From the sequence record KC109329.1: a stretch of DNA of 40,218 bases. One strand, written 5' to 3'. The position numbers were made by a program, and so were the translations under genes. How positions within the stretch are numbered: position 1 is the first letter of the stretch; every line of letters starts with the position of its first letter. Below, in pieces: positions 18,094-27,118 of the stretch. Source of the DNA: Escherichia phage CLB_P1. Under the pieces are notes generated by a model that was given only the letters and a program-made list of their open reading frames with translations, made no database searches and was not told where the DNA came from.

Positions 18094-18498
18094 ATGCTAC
18101 CATATCTCAACTCACGCGAAGGTCGCCACATGTGCGCCTGTCGCCTCTGGGAAGACGGGCAGTCTAACTTCAAGTCATTCGAGGACTTCAAGGCTCATAC
18201 TTACCGTATGGCTGACGAGTTCGATGGTGAAGAGTACACAATATACGATGTCTCAGGTCAACCAGTAGCGTATCTCTACATGCTGGCTACCGCATCTTGG
18301 CACCGACCGACTCCCGGTCTTGACCTTTCAATCGTCGCTATTCGCCGTGACTCGCAGTCCTCCCGCAAGGTTCTTGAGACTGTCAGACACATCATAGACG
18401 AAGAGTGCAAGCGTTGGGGTCTTGGCTGGTATTCTCGTGTCAAGCATGTTTCCGGGTCGGTAGACATCGTAACAACTAAGGAGATTAATCGTGGGTAA
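18094..18498 (+). CDS. Hypothetical protein (134 aa), gp7 position
   Basis: ORF in the gene 7 position between 6.7 and 7.3; no motif recognised. Confidence 0.55.
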   Translation: MLPYLNSREGRHMCACRLWEDGQSNFKSFEDFKAHTYRMADEFDGEEYTIYDVSGQPVAYLYMLATASWHRPTPGLDLSIVAIRRDSQSSRKVLETVRHIIDEECKRWGLGWYSRVKHVSGSVDIVTTKEINRG

Positions 18499-18739
18499 AT
18501 CAATCAGTAAGGCCTTCAAGAAAGTGGTGAAAAGTACGCTAGGGACCGTTGGTCTTGGCTCTGACGATGCGCCTAAGGTTGTTGAGGCTCAGACCCCAGC
18601 AGCACCAGTGGAAGTACCGAACGACAAAGTGGAGGATGTGGATACTGAAACAACCGCATCTGATGAGAAGAAAGTGAAGCGTTCTGGTAAGCGTAGCCTT
18701 CAGGTCTCTCGCACCTCTGGTGGCGGTATTTCTATTTAA
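18491..18739 (+). CDS. gp7.3-like tail/virion protein (82 aa)
   Basis: MGK...KA.KKV.KS start and C-terminal SL.V.R.SGGGI.I as in T7 gp7.3. Confidence 0.7.
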   Translation: MGKSISKAFKKVVKSTLGTVGLGSDDAPKVVEAQTPAAPVEVPNDKVEDVDTETTASDEKKVKRSGKRSLQVSRTSGGGISI

Positions 18740-18750
18740 GGAGGTGATTA

Positions 18751-20319
18751 ATGGCTGAACGTGAAGGGTTCGCTGCTGAAGGAGCCAAAGCGGTCTATGA
18801 CCGACTGAAGAACGGTAGACAGCCATATGAGACACGCGCTCAGAACTGTGCTGCTGTCACTATCCCGTCACTGTTTCCTAAGGAGTCAGACAACTCATCT
18901 ACTGAGTATACCACTCCGTGGCAATCCGTAGGTGCTCGCTGCTTGAACAACTTGGCTGCAAAGCTGATGTTGGCGTTATTCCCTCAGTCACCGTGGATGA
19001 GACTGACAGTCTCCGAATATGAGGCAAAGACCTTGAGTCAGGACTCAGAGGCTGCTGCTCGTGTTGACGAAGGACTGGCTATGGTCGAGCGTGTATTGAT
19101 GGCCTACATGGAGACTAACAGTTTCCGTGTCCCATTGTTCGAGGCCCTGAAGCAGCTTATCGTCTCAGGTAACTGCCTGCTCTACATTCCTCCTCCAGAA
19201 CAAGGAACCTACAGTCCGATGCGGATGTACCGATTAGTGTCTTACGTTGTTCAACGTGATGCGTTCGGTAACATCTTGCAGATTGTGACTCTCGACAAGG
19301 TAGCGTTTAGTGCTCTACCGGAAGACGTGAAGTCTCAACTCAACGCAGACGACTATGAGCCTGACACCGAGCTTGAAGTGTATACGCACATCTACCGTCA
19401 AGACGACGAGTATCTACGCTACGAGGAAGTGGAAGGAATTGAGGTAGCAGGGACCGATGGTTCCTACCCGCTGACTGCATGTCCGTACATCCCGGTACGA
19501 ATGGTTCGACTGGATGGTGAAGACTACGGTCGTTCTTACTGCGAGGAGTATCTGGGAGACCTGAACTCTCTGGAGACGATTACAGAAGCTATCACCAAAA
19601 TGGCTAAGGTAGCCTCCAAGGTGGTGGGCCTCGTTAACCCGAACGGCATCACGCAACCTCGACGTCTGAACAAGGCGGCTACAGGTGAGTTCGTGGCTGG
19701 TCGCGTTGAGGACATCAACTTCCTGCAACTGACGAAAGGTCAGGACTTTACGATTGCTAAGTCGGTGGCTGACGCTATCGAGCAACGTCTAGGCTGGGCC
19801 TTCCTTCTCAATAGTGCTGTTCAGCGTAATGCTGAGCGAGTCACTGCCGAAGAGATTCGTTATGTTGCTGGCGAACTGGAGGCGACCTTAGGTGGCGTGT
19901 ACTCAGTACAGTCACAAGAGCTTCAGTTACCTATCGTCCGTGTGCTGATGAACCAGCTTCAGTCTGCTGGCATGATTCCTGACCTTCCGAAAGAAGCGGT
20001 AGAGCCTACTGTCTCCACTGGTCTGGAAGCGTTAGGTCGTGGTCAAGACTTAGAGAAGCTGACTCAGGCAGTCAACATGATGACCGGGCTACAGCCTCTG
20101 CAACAGGACCCAGACATTAACTTGCCGACCCTGAAGCTGCGACTGCTGAATGCCTTAGGTATTGACACTGCTGGGTTGCTGCTGACTCAGGACGAGAAGT
20201 TGCAACGTATGGCTGAACAATCCGCTCAAGGAGCTGTGGTCAACGGTGCGTCTGCTGCTGGTGCTAACATGGGAGCTACTGTTGGACAAGTAGCTGGTGA
20301 GGACGTGGCTCAAGCCTAA
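18751..20319 (+). CDS. Portal (head-to-tail connector) protein, T7 gene 8 homolog
   Basis: 522 aa; position and length match T7 gp8; RBS AAGGAGG upstream. Confidence 0.93.
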   Translation: MAEREGFAAEGAKAVYDRLKNGRQPYETRAQNCAAVTIPSLFPKESDNSSTEYTTPWQSVGARCLNNLAAKLMLALFPQSPWMRLTVSEYEAKTLSQDSEAAARVDEGLAMVERVLMAYMETNSFRVPLFEALKQLIVSGNCLLYIPPPEQGTYSPMRMYRLVSYVVQRDAFGNILQIVTLDKVAFSALPEDVKSQLNADDYEPDTELEVYTHIYRQDDEYLRYEEVEGIEVAGTDGSYPLTACPYIPVRMVRLDGEDYGRSYCEEYLGDLNSLETITEAITKMAKVASKVVGLVNPNGITQPRRLNKAATGEFVAGRVEDINFLQLTKGQDFTIAKSVADAIEQRLGWAFLLNSAVQRNAERVTAEEIRYVAGELEATLGGVYSVQSQELQLPIVRVLMNQLQSAGMIPDLPKEAVEPTVSTGLEALGRGQDLEKLTQAVNMMTGLQPLQQDPDINLPTLKLRLLNALGIDTAGLLLTQDEKLQRMAEQSAQGAVVNGASAAGANMGATVGQVAGEDVAQA

Positions 20320-20337
20320 ACTATCACTATAGGAACA
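20315..20337 (+). promoter_or_regulatory. Phage RNAP promoter (CCTAAACTATCACTATA/GGAACA)
   Basis: Consensus core; upstream of the scaffold gene (phi9 position). Confidence 0.65.
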
Positions 20338-20434
20338 CCGAAAGTAAGAGCGACTAAGCCGACCATATGGTAGCCGTTAGTTCCACACTGCAAGTAGGTG
20401 TTTACCTATTAACGACTTAAAGGAGAACGACTCA

Positions 20435-21322
20435 ATGTCTCAATCAGTTTATGCCGAGTTCGGCGTTAGCTCTAATGCAATCACTGGTTCCGTTGAGGAC
20501 CTGAACGAACACCAAAAGTCTATGCTTGAACAGGACGTAGCTGTTCGTGATGGTGACGACGCTATTACCTTCAAGCAACTGGAAGCCGAAAACGAAGAGG
20601 CTACCGAAGAAGACGAGAACGTCGAAGAGGCTGAAGGTGAAGAAGAAGACCACGAGTCCGATGACGAAGAGTCTGAGACCGATGGTGAGCAGCCTGAGTT
20701 CATTGAACTGGGTGATGCACCGAAAGAGCTGACCGAAAGTGTCACCGCTCTGGATGAAAACGAAGCTGCATTCGACGACATGGTGTCTTCTGCTGTGGAA
20801 GCTGGCAAGGTCACTGCTGATGAAATTACCGCTATCAAGGCTGAATACGCCAAGGACGGTAAGCTGTCTGACGCATCCTACGCTAAGTTGCAGGAAGCAG
20901 GTTACACCAAGCGTTTCGTAGATTCGTTTGTCCGTGGTCAGGAAGCTCTGGCTGAACAGTATGCTGCTGGAGTGGTTCGCTACGCTGGTGGAGCTGAACA
21001 GTTTAACCGCATTCTGTCTCACCTTGAGTCAACCGACCCGTCAACTCGTGAGGCACTGGAAGCTGCTATCGTTCGTAAGGACATTGCGACTACCAAAGCT
21101 CTGCTGAATCTGGCTGGCAAGACTCTTGGTAAAGCTGTAGGCGTTAAACCTCAGCGTACCATCACCAATCAGGCTAAACCTGTGGTAGCACCTAAGGCTC
21201 CTAAGACCGAAGCATTCAGCTCTAAGGCTGACATGATTAAGGCTATGAGTGACCCGCGATACCTGCGTGACGCTAAGTACACGATGGAAGTGCGCGCTAA
21301 GGTAGCTGCATCGAGCCTGTAG
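20435..21322 (+). CDS. Capsid assembly (scaffolding) protein, T7 gene 9 homolog
   Basis: 295-aa highly acidic protein with an EEDE-rich region between portal and capsid genes. Confidence 0.88.
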   Translation: MSQSVYAEFGVSSNAITGSVEDLNEHQKSMLEQDVAVRDGDDAITFKQLEAENEEATEEDENVEEAEGEEEDHESDDEESETDGEQPEFIELGDAPKELTESVTALDENEAAFDDMVSSAVEAGKVTADEITAIKAEYAKDGKLSDASYAKLQEAGYTKRFVDSFVRGQEALAEQYAAGVVRYAGGAEQFNRILSHLESTDPSTREALEAAIVRKDIATTKALLNLAGKTLGKAVGVKPQRTITNQAKPVVAPKAPKTEAFSSKADMIKAMSDPRYLRDAKYTMEVRAKVAASSL

Positions 21323-21323
21323 G

Positions 21324-21346
21324 ACTAAACTATCACTATAGGGAGA
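21324..21346 (+). promoter_or_regulatory. Phage RNAP promoter, best consensus copy (ACTAAACTATCACTATA/GGGAGA), phi10 equivalent
   Basis: Full core plus GGGAGA initiating sequence, followed by an AU-rich leader and strong RBS before the capsid gene. Confidence 0.75.
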
Positions 21347-21448
21347 CCAAGAGACAGACTCAAGGTTTCCCTATTACTTCAGTCCATACGGATTGGGCGT
21401 ACAGTAAGTAATAAACTTTATCTTTCAATTGAATAGGAGAATTATCAT

Positions 21449-22498
21449 ATGGCAAACGTTCCGGGTCAGAAAATTGGTACAGACCAAGGTAAAGGCAAAT
21501 CCAGTTCCGACGCTCTGGCGTTGTTCCTGAAGGTCTTTGCTGGTGAAGTCCTGACCGCATTCACTCGCCGCTCTGTAACGGCTGACAAGCATATTGTCCG
21601 TACCATTCAGAACGGTAAGTCTGCTCAGTTCCCGGTCATGGGTCGCACCTCTGGTGTGTATCTGGCTCCCGGTGAGCGACTGTCCGATAAGCGCAAAGGT
21701 ATCAAACATACCGAGAAAGTGATTACCATTGACGGTCTGCTGACTGCTGATGTGATGATTTTCGACATTGAAGACGCGATGAACCACTATGACGTGGCTG
21801 GTGAGTATTCCAACCAGCTAGGTGAAGCTCTGGCTATCGCTGCTGATGGTGCGGTTTTAGCTGAAATGGCTATCCTGTGCAACCTTCCGGCTGCATCCAA
21901 CGAGAACATCGCTGGTCTTGGCAAAGCGTCTGTGCTGGAAGTTGGTACTAAAGCCGACCTGAACACTCCGGCTAAGCTGGGTGAAGCAATCATCGGTCAA
22001 CTGACCATTGCTCGTGCGAAGCTGACATCCAACTACGTTCCTGCTGGCGACCGTTACTTCTACACCACGCCGGACAACTACTCTGCAATCCTCGCGGCTC
22101 TGATGCCGAACGCTGCTAACTATGCTGCGCTGATTGATCCAGAGACTGGTAACATCCGTAACGTAATGGGCTTCGTGGTTGTTGAAGTTCCACACTTGAC
22201 TCAGGGTGGTGCTGGTGAAACTCGTGGTGATGACGGCATCACTATCGCTTCCGGTCAGAAGCACGCCTTCCCGGCTACTGCTACTGGTGATGTTAAAGTT
22301 GCGCTGGACAACGTTGTGGGCCTGTTCTCTCACCGTTCTGCCGTAGGCACTGTTAAGCTGCGTGATTTGGCGCTGGAACGTGACCGTGACGTCGATGCTC
22401 AGGGCGACCTGATTGTTGGTAAGTACGCTATGGGTCACGGTGGTCTGCGTCCAGAAGCAGCAGGCGCACTGGTTTTCACAGCAGCGTCAGCGGGTTAA
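21449..22498 (+). CDS. Major capsid protein 10A
   Basis: GTDQGKG, LALFLKVF.GEVLTAF.R, GKSAQFPV.GRT, KHTEKVITIDGLLTADV, NHYDV, MPNAANYAALIDPE.G.IRNVMGF.VVEVPHLT.GGAG, GHGGLRPEAAGA as in T7 gp10A. Confidence 0.97.
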   Translation: MANVPGQKIGTDQGKGKSSSDALALFLKVFAGEVLTAFTRRSVTADKHIVRTIQNGKSAQFPVMGRTSGVYLAPGERLSDKRKGIKHTEKVITIDGLLTADVMIFDIEDAMNHYDVAGEYSNQLGEALAIAADGAVLAEMAILCNLPAASNENIAGLGKASVLEVGTKADLNTPAKLGEAIIGQLTIARAKLTSNYVPAGDRYFYTTPDNYSAILAALMPNAANYAALIDPETGNIRNVMGFVVVEVPHLTQGGAGETRGDDGITIASGQKHAFPATATGDVKVALDNVVGLFSHRSAVGTVKLRDLALERDRDVDAQGDLIVGKYAMGHGGLRPEAAGALVFTAASAG

Positions 22499-22761
22499 CG
22501 ACCTTTAAGGCCCTCTCTACCGAGGGTCCTACCTTAGAGACGTATAGTTCTACGGTGGGAACCAGCTTGAAGGTTGACTTCCCTGAGCTTTCAGATGTGA
22601 CCGACTGGTCACTGCTTGATGTTGCTACGCCTGATGGTGTTAGTTACTCCCGTAGAACCAACAGTCTCTACTTCAGGGCCACCTCTGGCGTGGAAGGTCT
22701 AGTGATTGTTGAGTATGACGGTTCGCCTGTGCGTTCCTTCAACGTATCTTTCACAAACTAA
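21449..22761 (+). CDS. Minor capsid protein 10B made by a -1 ribosomal frameshift at G GUU UUC (22471-22477)
   Basis: -1 frame is open from the slippery site to TAA at 22759-22761 (94-aa extension); heptamer is identical to the T7 gene 10 frameshift site. Confidence 0.6.
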
Positions 22762-22764
22762 TTG

Positions 22765-22806
22765 AAACCCCTTGGGTGCCTTCGGGTGCTTGAGGGGTTT
22801 TTTTTG
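22765..22806 (+). terminator. Intrinsic terminator after the capsid gene (T-phi equivalent)
   Basis: AAACCCCTTGGGTGCCTTCGGGTGCTTGAGGGGTTT hairpin followed by TTTTTTTT; closely resembles the T7 T-phi hairpin. Confidence 0.85.
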
Positions 22807-22820
22807 CTTAAGGAGGGCCT

Positions 22821-23387
22821 ATGGCTCAATACATTCCACTAAATGCTAACGATGACTTAGATGCCATCAACGATATGTTAGCTGCTATCGGTGAACCAGC
22901 AGTCCTACAGCTTGACGAAGGTAACGCTGACGTCTCGAACGCTCAACGTATCCTGCATCGTGTCAATCGTCAGGTCCAAGCTAAAGGCTGGAACTTTAAC
23001 ATCAACGAAGCTGCTGTCCTGACGCCTGATGTCCAAGACAACAGGATTCGATTCCTGCCGTCTTACCTTCGGGTCATGACTGCTGGTGCTACCAGTTACT
23101 ACAGCAACATGGGGGGCTATCTCTATGACCTGTCCACTCAGTCCACGACATTCACTGGACCAATTACAGTCGAACTGGTGGAGATGAAACCGTTCGCTGA
23201 GATGCCTGTAGTATTCCGTGACTACATCGTTACCAAGGCCAGCCGTGAGTTCAACGCTAAGTTCTTCGGTAGCCCAGAGTCTGAACTGTACCTTCGTGAG
23301 CAGGAAGCAGAACTCTATCAGCAGGTCATGGAATACGAGATGGACACTGGTCGCTACAACATGATGTCCGACATCGGGAGGGACTAA
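22821..23387 (+). CDS. Tail tubular protein A (T7 gene 11 homolog)
   Basis: A.NDILA.IGEP, NA.RIL...NRQ.Q..GW.FNI.E, GGY.YD...QS, VTKASR.FN..FFG.PE, MEYEMD.G.YNM as in T7 gp11. Confidence 0.9.
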   Translation: MAQYIPLNANDDLDAINDMLAAIGEPAVLQLDEGNADVSNAQRILHRVNRQVQAKGWNFNINEAAVLTPDVQDNRIRFLPSYLRVMTAGATSYYSNMGGYLYDLSTQSTTFTGPITVELVEMKPFAEMPVVFRDYIVTKASREFNAKFFGSPESELYLREQEAELYQQVMEYEMDTGRYNMMSDIGRD

Positions 23388-23614
23388 TGGCTAGTCACAA
23401 CCTGAAGATTCACCGCCGACACTTTGGCCCGGTACAACTAGGTCTAAAGACAGCAGAGCTGAGACTTAACGACCGGGACTTTAAGGTTGGCGACTGGCTT
23501 ATCCTGAATGAGTGGGACAACGGGTATACTGGACAACAGGTAGCGCGTAAGGTTATCCACATTGCTGACGTTGGTGACATCGCTGAAGGATACGTCCTAA
23601 TGAGTATGATTTAA
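23387..23614 (+). CDS. Hypothetical 75-aa protein between tail tubular genes A and B (possible ASCH/PUA-like small domain)
   Basis: ATG overlaps gp11 stop; no counterpart between T7 genes 11 and 12; domain guess is from general resemblance only. Confidence 0.5.
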   Translation: MASHNLKIHRRHFGPVQLGLKTAELRLNDRDFKVGDWLILNEWDNGYTGQQVARKVIHIADVGDIAEGYVLMSMI

Positions 23615-23623
23615 GGAGGGCCT

Positions 23624-25981
23624 ATGCCGCTTATCACACAAAGCATAAAAAATCTTAAGGGTGGCATTAGCCAACAGCCTGACATCCTGAGGTTCTCAGA
23701 CCAAGGCGAGGAGCAAGTTAACTGCTGGTCATCAGAGAGTGATGGCCTCCAGAAGCGTCCACCTACAGTCTTCAAGAGACGTCTTAACATCGACGTTGGG
23801 AGTAACCCTAAGTTCCACCTGATTAACCGTGACGAGCATGAGCAGTATTACATCGTGTTCAATGGGTCCAACATTCAGGTAGTTGACTTGAGTGGTAATC
23901 AATACTCAGTTTCCGGTGCGGTAGATTACGTTACGTCGTCCAACCCGAGAGATGACATCCGTGTCGTTACTGTGGCAGACTATACGTTCGTCGTTAACCG
24001 TAAGGTTGTCGTTAAAGGTGGAAGCGAGAAGTCACACTCTGGTTATAATCGTAAAGCTCGTGCTTTAATTAACCTGCGTGGTGGACAGTATGGTCGCACC
24101 CTTAAGGTAGGAATCAACGGAGGAGTTAAGGTTTCGCATAAGTTGCCAGCAGGTAATGATGCCGAGAATGACCCTCCTAAGGTTGATGCTCAGGCTATCG
24201 GTGCAGCTCTAAGAGACCTTCTTGTTGCTGCTTACCCTACCTTCACGTTCGACCTTGGGTCTGGCTTCCTGTTAATCACTGCCCCTTCAGGTACTGACAT
24301 TAACTCAGTGGAGACGGAGGATGGATACGCTAACCAGCTAATCAGCCCAGTCCTCGACACGGTGCAAACAATCTCTAAGTTGCCTCTTGCAGCTCCAAAT
24401 GGGTACATCATTAAGATTCAAGGTGAGACCAACAGTAGCGCCGATGAATACTACGTGATGTATGACTCCAACACTAAGACGTGGAAGGAGACAGTAGAGC
24501 CGGGAGTAGTCACTGGGTTCGATAACACCACAATGCCGCATGCTCTGGTGAGACAATCTGACGGCTCCTTTGAGTTCAAGACTCTGGACTGGTCTAAGCG
24601 TGGTGCTGGTAATGATGACACAAACCCTATGCCTAGCTTCGTGGATGCTACGATTAACGATGTGTTCTTCTACAGGAACAGGCTAGGTTTCTTGTCAGGC
24701 GAGAACGTAATCATGAGCCGTTCAGCCAGCTACTTTGCGTTCTTCCCTAAGAGTGTGGCGACACTGAGCGATGATGATCCTATTGACGTAGCTGTAAGTC
24801 ATCCTAGAATCTCAATCCTTAAGTATGCCGTTCCGTTTAGCGAGCAGCTACTACTTTGGTCGGATGAGGTGCAGTTCGTGATGACAAGCTCAGGGGTCCT
24901 TACCTCGAAGTCTATCCAGCTTGATGTAGGCTCAGAGTTTGCCTTAGGAGATAATGCCAGACCGTTCGCTGTAGGACGCTCAGTCTTCTTCTCAGCACCT
25001 CGTGGGTCATTCACCAGCATTAAGCGATACTTCGCTGTAGCAGATGTGTCTGACGTGAAGGATGCCGATGATACCACTGGTCACGTACTGTCCTATATCC
25101 CTAACGGGGTGTTTGACATTCAGGGAACAGGAACTGAGAACTACATCTGCGTCAACTCTACAGGTGCATACAACCGAATCTACATCTACAAGTTCTTGTT
25201 TAAGGACGGCGTACAGCTTCAAGCCTCTTGGTCGCACTGGGAGTTCCATAAAGACGATAAGATTCTGGCATCTGCGTCTATTGGCTCTACCATGTTCATC
25301 GTTCGTCAGCACCAAGGTGGCGTGGATATTGAGCACCTTAAGTTCATCAAGGAGGCAACTGACTTTACGTCAGAGCCATATAGACTCCACGTTGACTCCA
25401 AGGTGTCTATGGTTATCCCAATTGGCTCATATAACGCTGACACCTATAAGACTACGGTGGACATTGGTACTGCTTATGGCGGCAACGCTCCGTCTCCCGG
25501 TCGGTACTATCTGATTGACAGTCAGGGTGCTTATGTAGACCTTGGTGATCTGACTAGCACCTCCACTGTTGTTACCGTTAATGGCGATTGGTCAGGACGT
25601 ACAGTGTTCATCGGAAGGGCTTACCTGATGTCATACAAGTTCTCAAGGTTCCTTATTAAGATTGAAGATGATAGTGGAACTCAGTCTGAAGACACTGGTC
25701 GTCTACAGCTTCGTCGTGCTTGGGTAAACTACAAGGACACTGGTGCTCTTAGACTCATTGTCAGAAACGGTGAGAGGGAGTTCGTGAACACCTTCAACGG
25801 GTATACCCTTGGTCAGCAAACCATAGGCACTACCAACATTGGGGATGGTCAGTATCGCTTCGCTATGAATGGTAACGCATTAACCACGAGTCTAACCTTA
25901 GAGTCCGACTATCCTACCCCAGTGTACATCGTTGGATGTGGCTGGGAGGCTTCATACGCTAAGAAAGCTCGTTCCGTCTAA
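23624..25981 (+). CDS. Tail tubular protein B (T7 gene 12 homolog)
   Basis: 785 aa following gp11 with RBS AAGGAGG; length and position match T7 gp12. Confidence 0.92.
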   Translation: MPLITQSIKNLKGGISQQPDILRFSDQGEEQVNCWSSESDGLQKRPPTVFKRRLNIDVGSNPKFHLINRDEHEQYYIVFNGSNIQVVDLSGNQYSVSGAVDYVTSSNPRDDIRVVTVADYTFVVNRKVVVKGGSEKSHSGYNRKARALINLRGGQYGRTLKVGINGGVKVSHKLPAGNDAENDPPKVDAQAIGAALRDLLVAAYPTFTFDLGSGFLLITAPSGTDINSVETEDGYANQLISPVLDTVQTISKLPLAAPNGYIIKIQGETNSSADEYYVMYDSNTKTWKETVEPGVVTGFDNTTMPHALVRQSDGSFEFKTLDWSKRGAGNDDTNPMPSFVDATINDVFFYRNRLGFLSGENVIMSRSASYFAFFPKSVATLSDDDPIDVAVSHPRISILKYAVPFSEQLLLWSDEVQFVMTSSGVLTSKSIQLDVGSEFALGDNARPFAVGRSVFFSAPRGSFTSIKRYFAVADVSDVKDADDTTGHVLSYIPNGVFDIQGTGTENYICVNSTGAYNRIYIYKFLFKDGVQLQASWSHWEFHKDDKILASASIGSTMFIVRQHQGGVDIEHLKFIKEATDFTSEPYRLHVDSKVSMVIPIGSYNADTYKTTVDIGTAYGGNAPSPGRYYLIDSQGAYVDLGDLTSTSTVVTVNGDWSGRTVFIGRAYLMSYKFSRFLIKIEDDSGTQSEDTGRLQLRRAWVNYKDTGALRLIVRNGEREFVNTFNGYTLGQQTIGTTNIGDGQYRFAMNGNALTTSLTLESDYPTPVYIVGCGWEASYAKKARSV

Positions 25982-26005
25982 CTTATTGATTGGCCTATAG
26001 ATTCA

Positions 26006-26028
26006 CCTTAACTATCACTATAGGGACT
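26006..26028 (+). promoter_or_regulatory. Phage RNAP promoter (CCTTAACTATCACTATA/GGGACT)
   Basis: Consensus core; phi13 position. Confidence 0.65.
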
Positions 26029-26067
26029 ATAGGCCCTTTAAGTTATAATACTTTAAGAGGAGACTTT

Positions 26068-26538
26068 ATGTATATTCGTAAAGCTACGGAACCGGATGTC
26101 CACTACTTTCTGTGGCATCTTTCAGCAGATGATGTTAACGAATGCAAAGCAAACTACGGGTCAACCGTGGGTCTCTCTGAGAGACTGCTTAAGCATCTAT
26201 CTCCATCATCTGTGGTTTTAACGAACGGTGTAGGTGAAGTGTTTGCCTATGGTGGAAACCAAGGGGATAACGTATGGTTCTTGACTTCAGGTCTGGTCTA
26301 TAAGCTGAGACCTAAAGAGAAGCGAGAGTTCATAAAGTGTATCTCTGAGTACAGGGACTTAATGTTAGACCAATACGGGACCATCTGGAACTACGTGTGG
26401 TCAGGCAATAAGTCTCACATTAAATTCTTGAAGTTGCTTGGCGCTAAATTCCATGATGATTGGACTGTAAGCCCAGTAACTGGTGAGCGTTTTCAACTAT
26501 TCACTATCTCTAAGGAGGACGTATGTGCGAGCCAGTAA
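26068..26538 (+). CDS. Internal virion protein A-like (gene 13 position), 156 aa
   Basis: RBS AAGAGGAG before ATG at 26068; position between gene 12 and gp14. Confidence 0.55.
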   Translation: MYIRKATEPDVHYFLWHLSADDVNECKANYGSTVGLSERLLKHLSPSSVVLTNGVGEVFAYGGNQGDNVWFLTSGLVYKLRPKEKREFIKCISEYRDLMLDQYGTIWNYVWSGNKSHIKFLKLLGAKFHDDWTVSPVTGERFQLFTISKEDVCASQ

Positions 26539-27107
26539 GTATCGGCATGGGTATTATGGCTGTAGCTGGTGCCACTATGTCCGCATCCCAACAGGCCAAG
26601 GCTGAAGGAGCAGCAATTGACGCTCAGAACCGACAGGCTCAGGAAATGGTTAAGCAGATGAACTACTCTGACGCCAACCTGAGGATGCAGGAGCGAGACC
26701 TGAAGGAGCAGCAGATGGCTGAACTGACAGAGACCACGCTCAACGGTATCCGCAATCAGGGTATGGTCCGAGCTGCGGTGTCTGAGTCCGGTCTGGAAGG
26801 TAACTCTATGGACAGGATTGAACGTCAGGTCGCAGGAGATACAGTCAAGGAGCGAGCAGGGATTACCGAAAGTTACAACCGCGACTATGCGGCTATCTTC
26901 GGGAACCGTATCGCCAACATTGAGAACACCAAGTCTGCTATCCGTGGTCAAGGTAAAATCATCAAGACCAGCCCACTGGCTCATGCACTTAATGTTGCTA
27001 GTGCCGGGATGCAGGGATACGCTGCTGGTAAGTCAATCTCTGGGGCATCAAGCTCTGGTGCTGCACCGATTAGTGCTGCTAAAGGCACGCCTACAGGTCA
27101 TAGCTAA
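26523..27107 (+). CDS. Internal virion protein B (T7 gene 14 homolog)
   Basis: SQQAKAEG, QNRQAQEM, ESGLEGNSMDRIERQV, E.YNRDY.AIF as in T7 gp14. Confidence 0.85.
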   Translation: MCEPVSIGMGIMAVAGATMSASQQAKAEGAAIDAQNRQAQEMVKQMNYSDANLRMQERDLKEQQMAELTETTLNGIRNQGMVRAAVSESGLEGNSMDRIERQVAGDTVKERAGITESYNRDYAAIFGNRIANIENTKSAIRGQGKIIKTSPLAHALNVASAGMQGYAAGKSISGASSSGAAPISAAKGTPTGHS

Positions 27108-27118
27108 GAGGAGGACTA

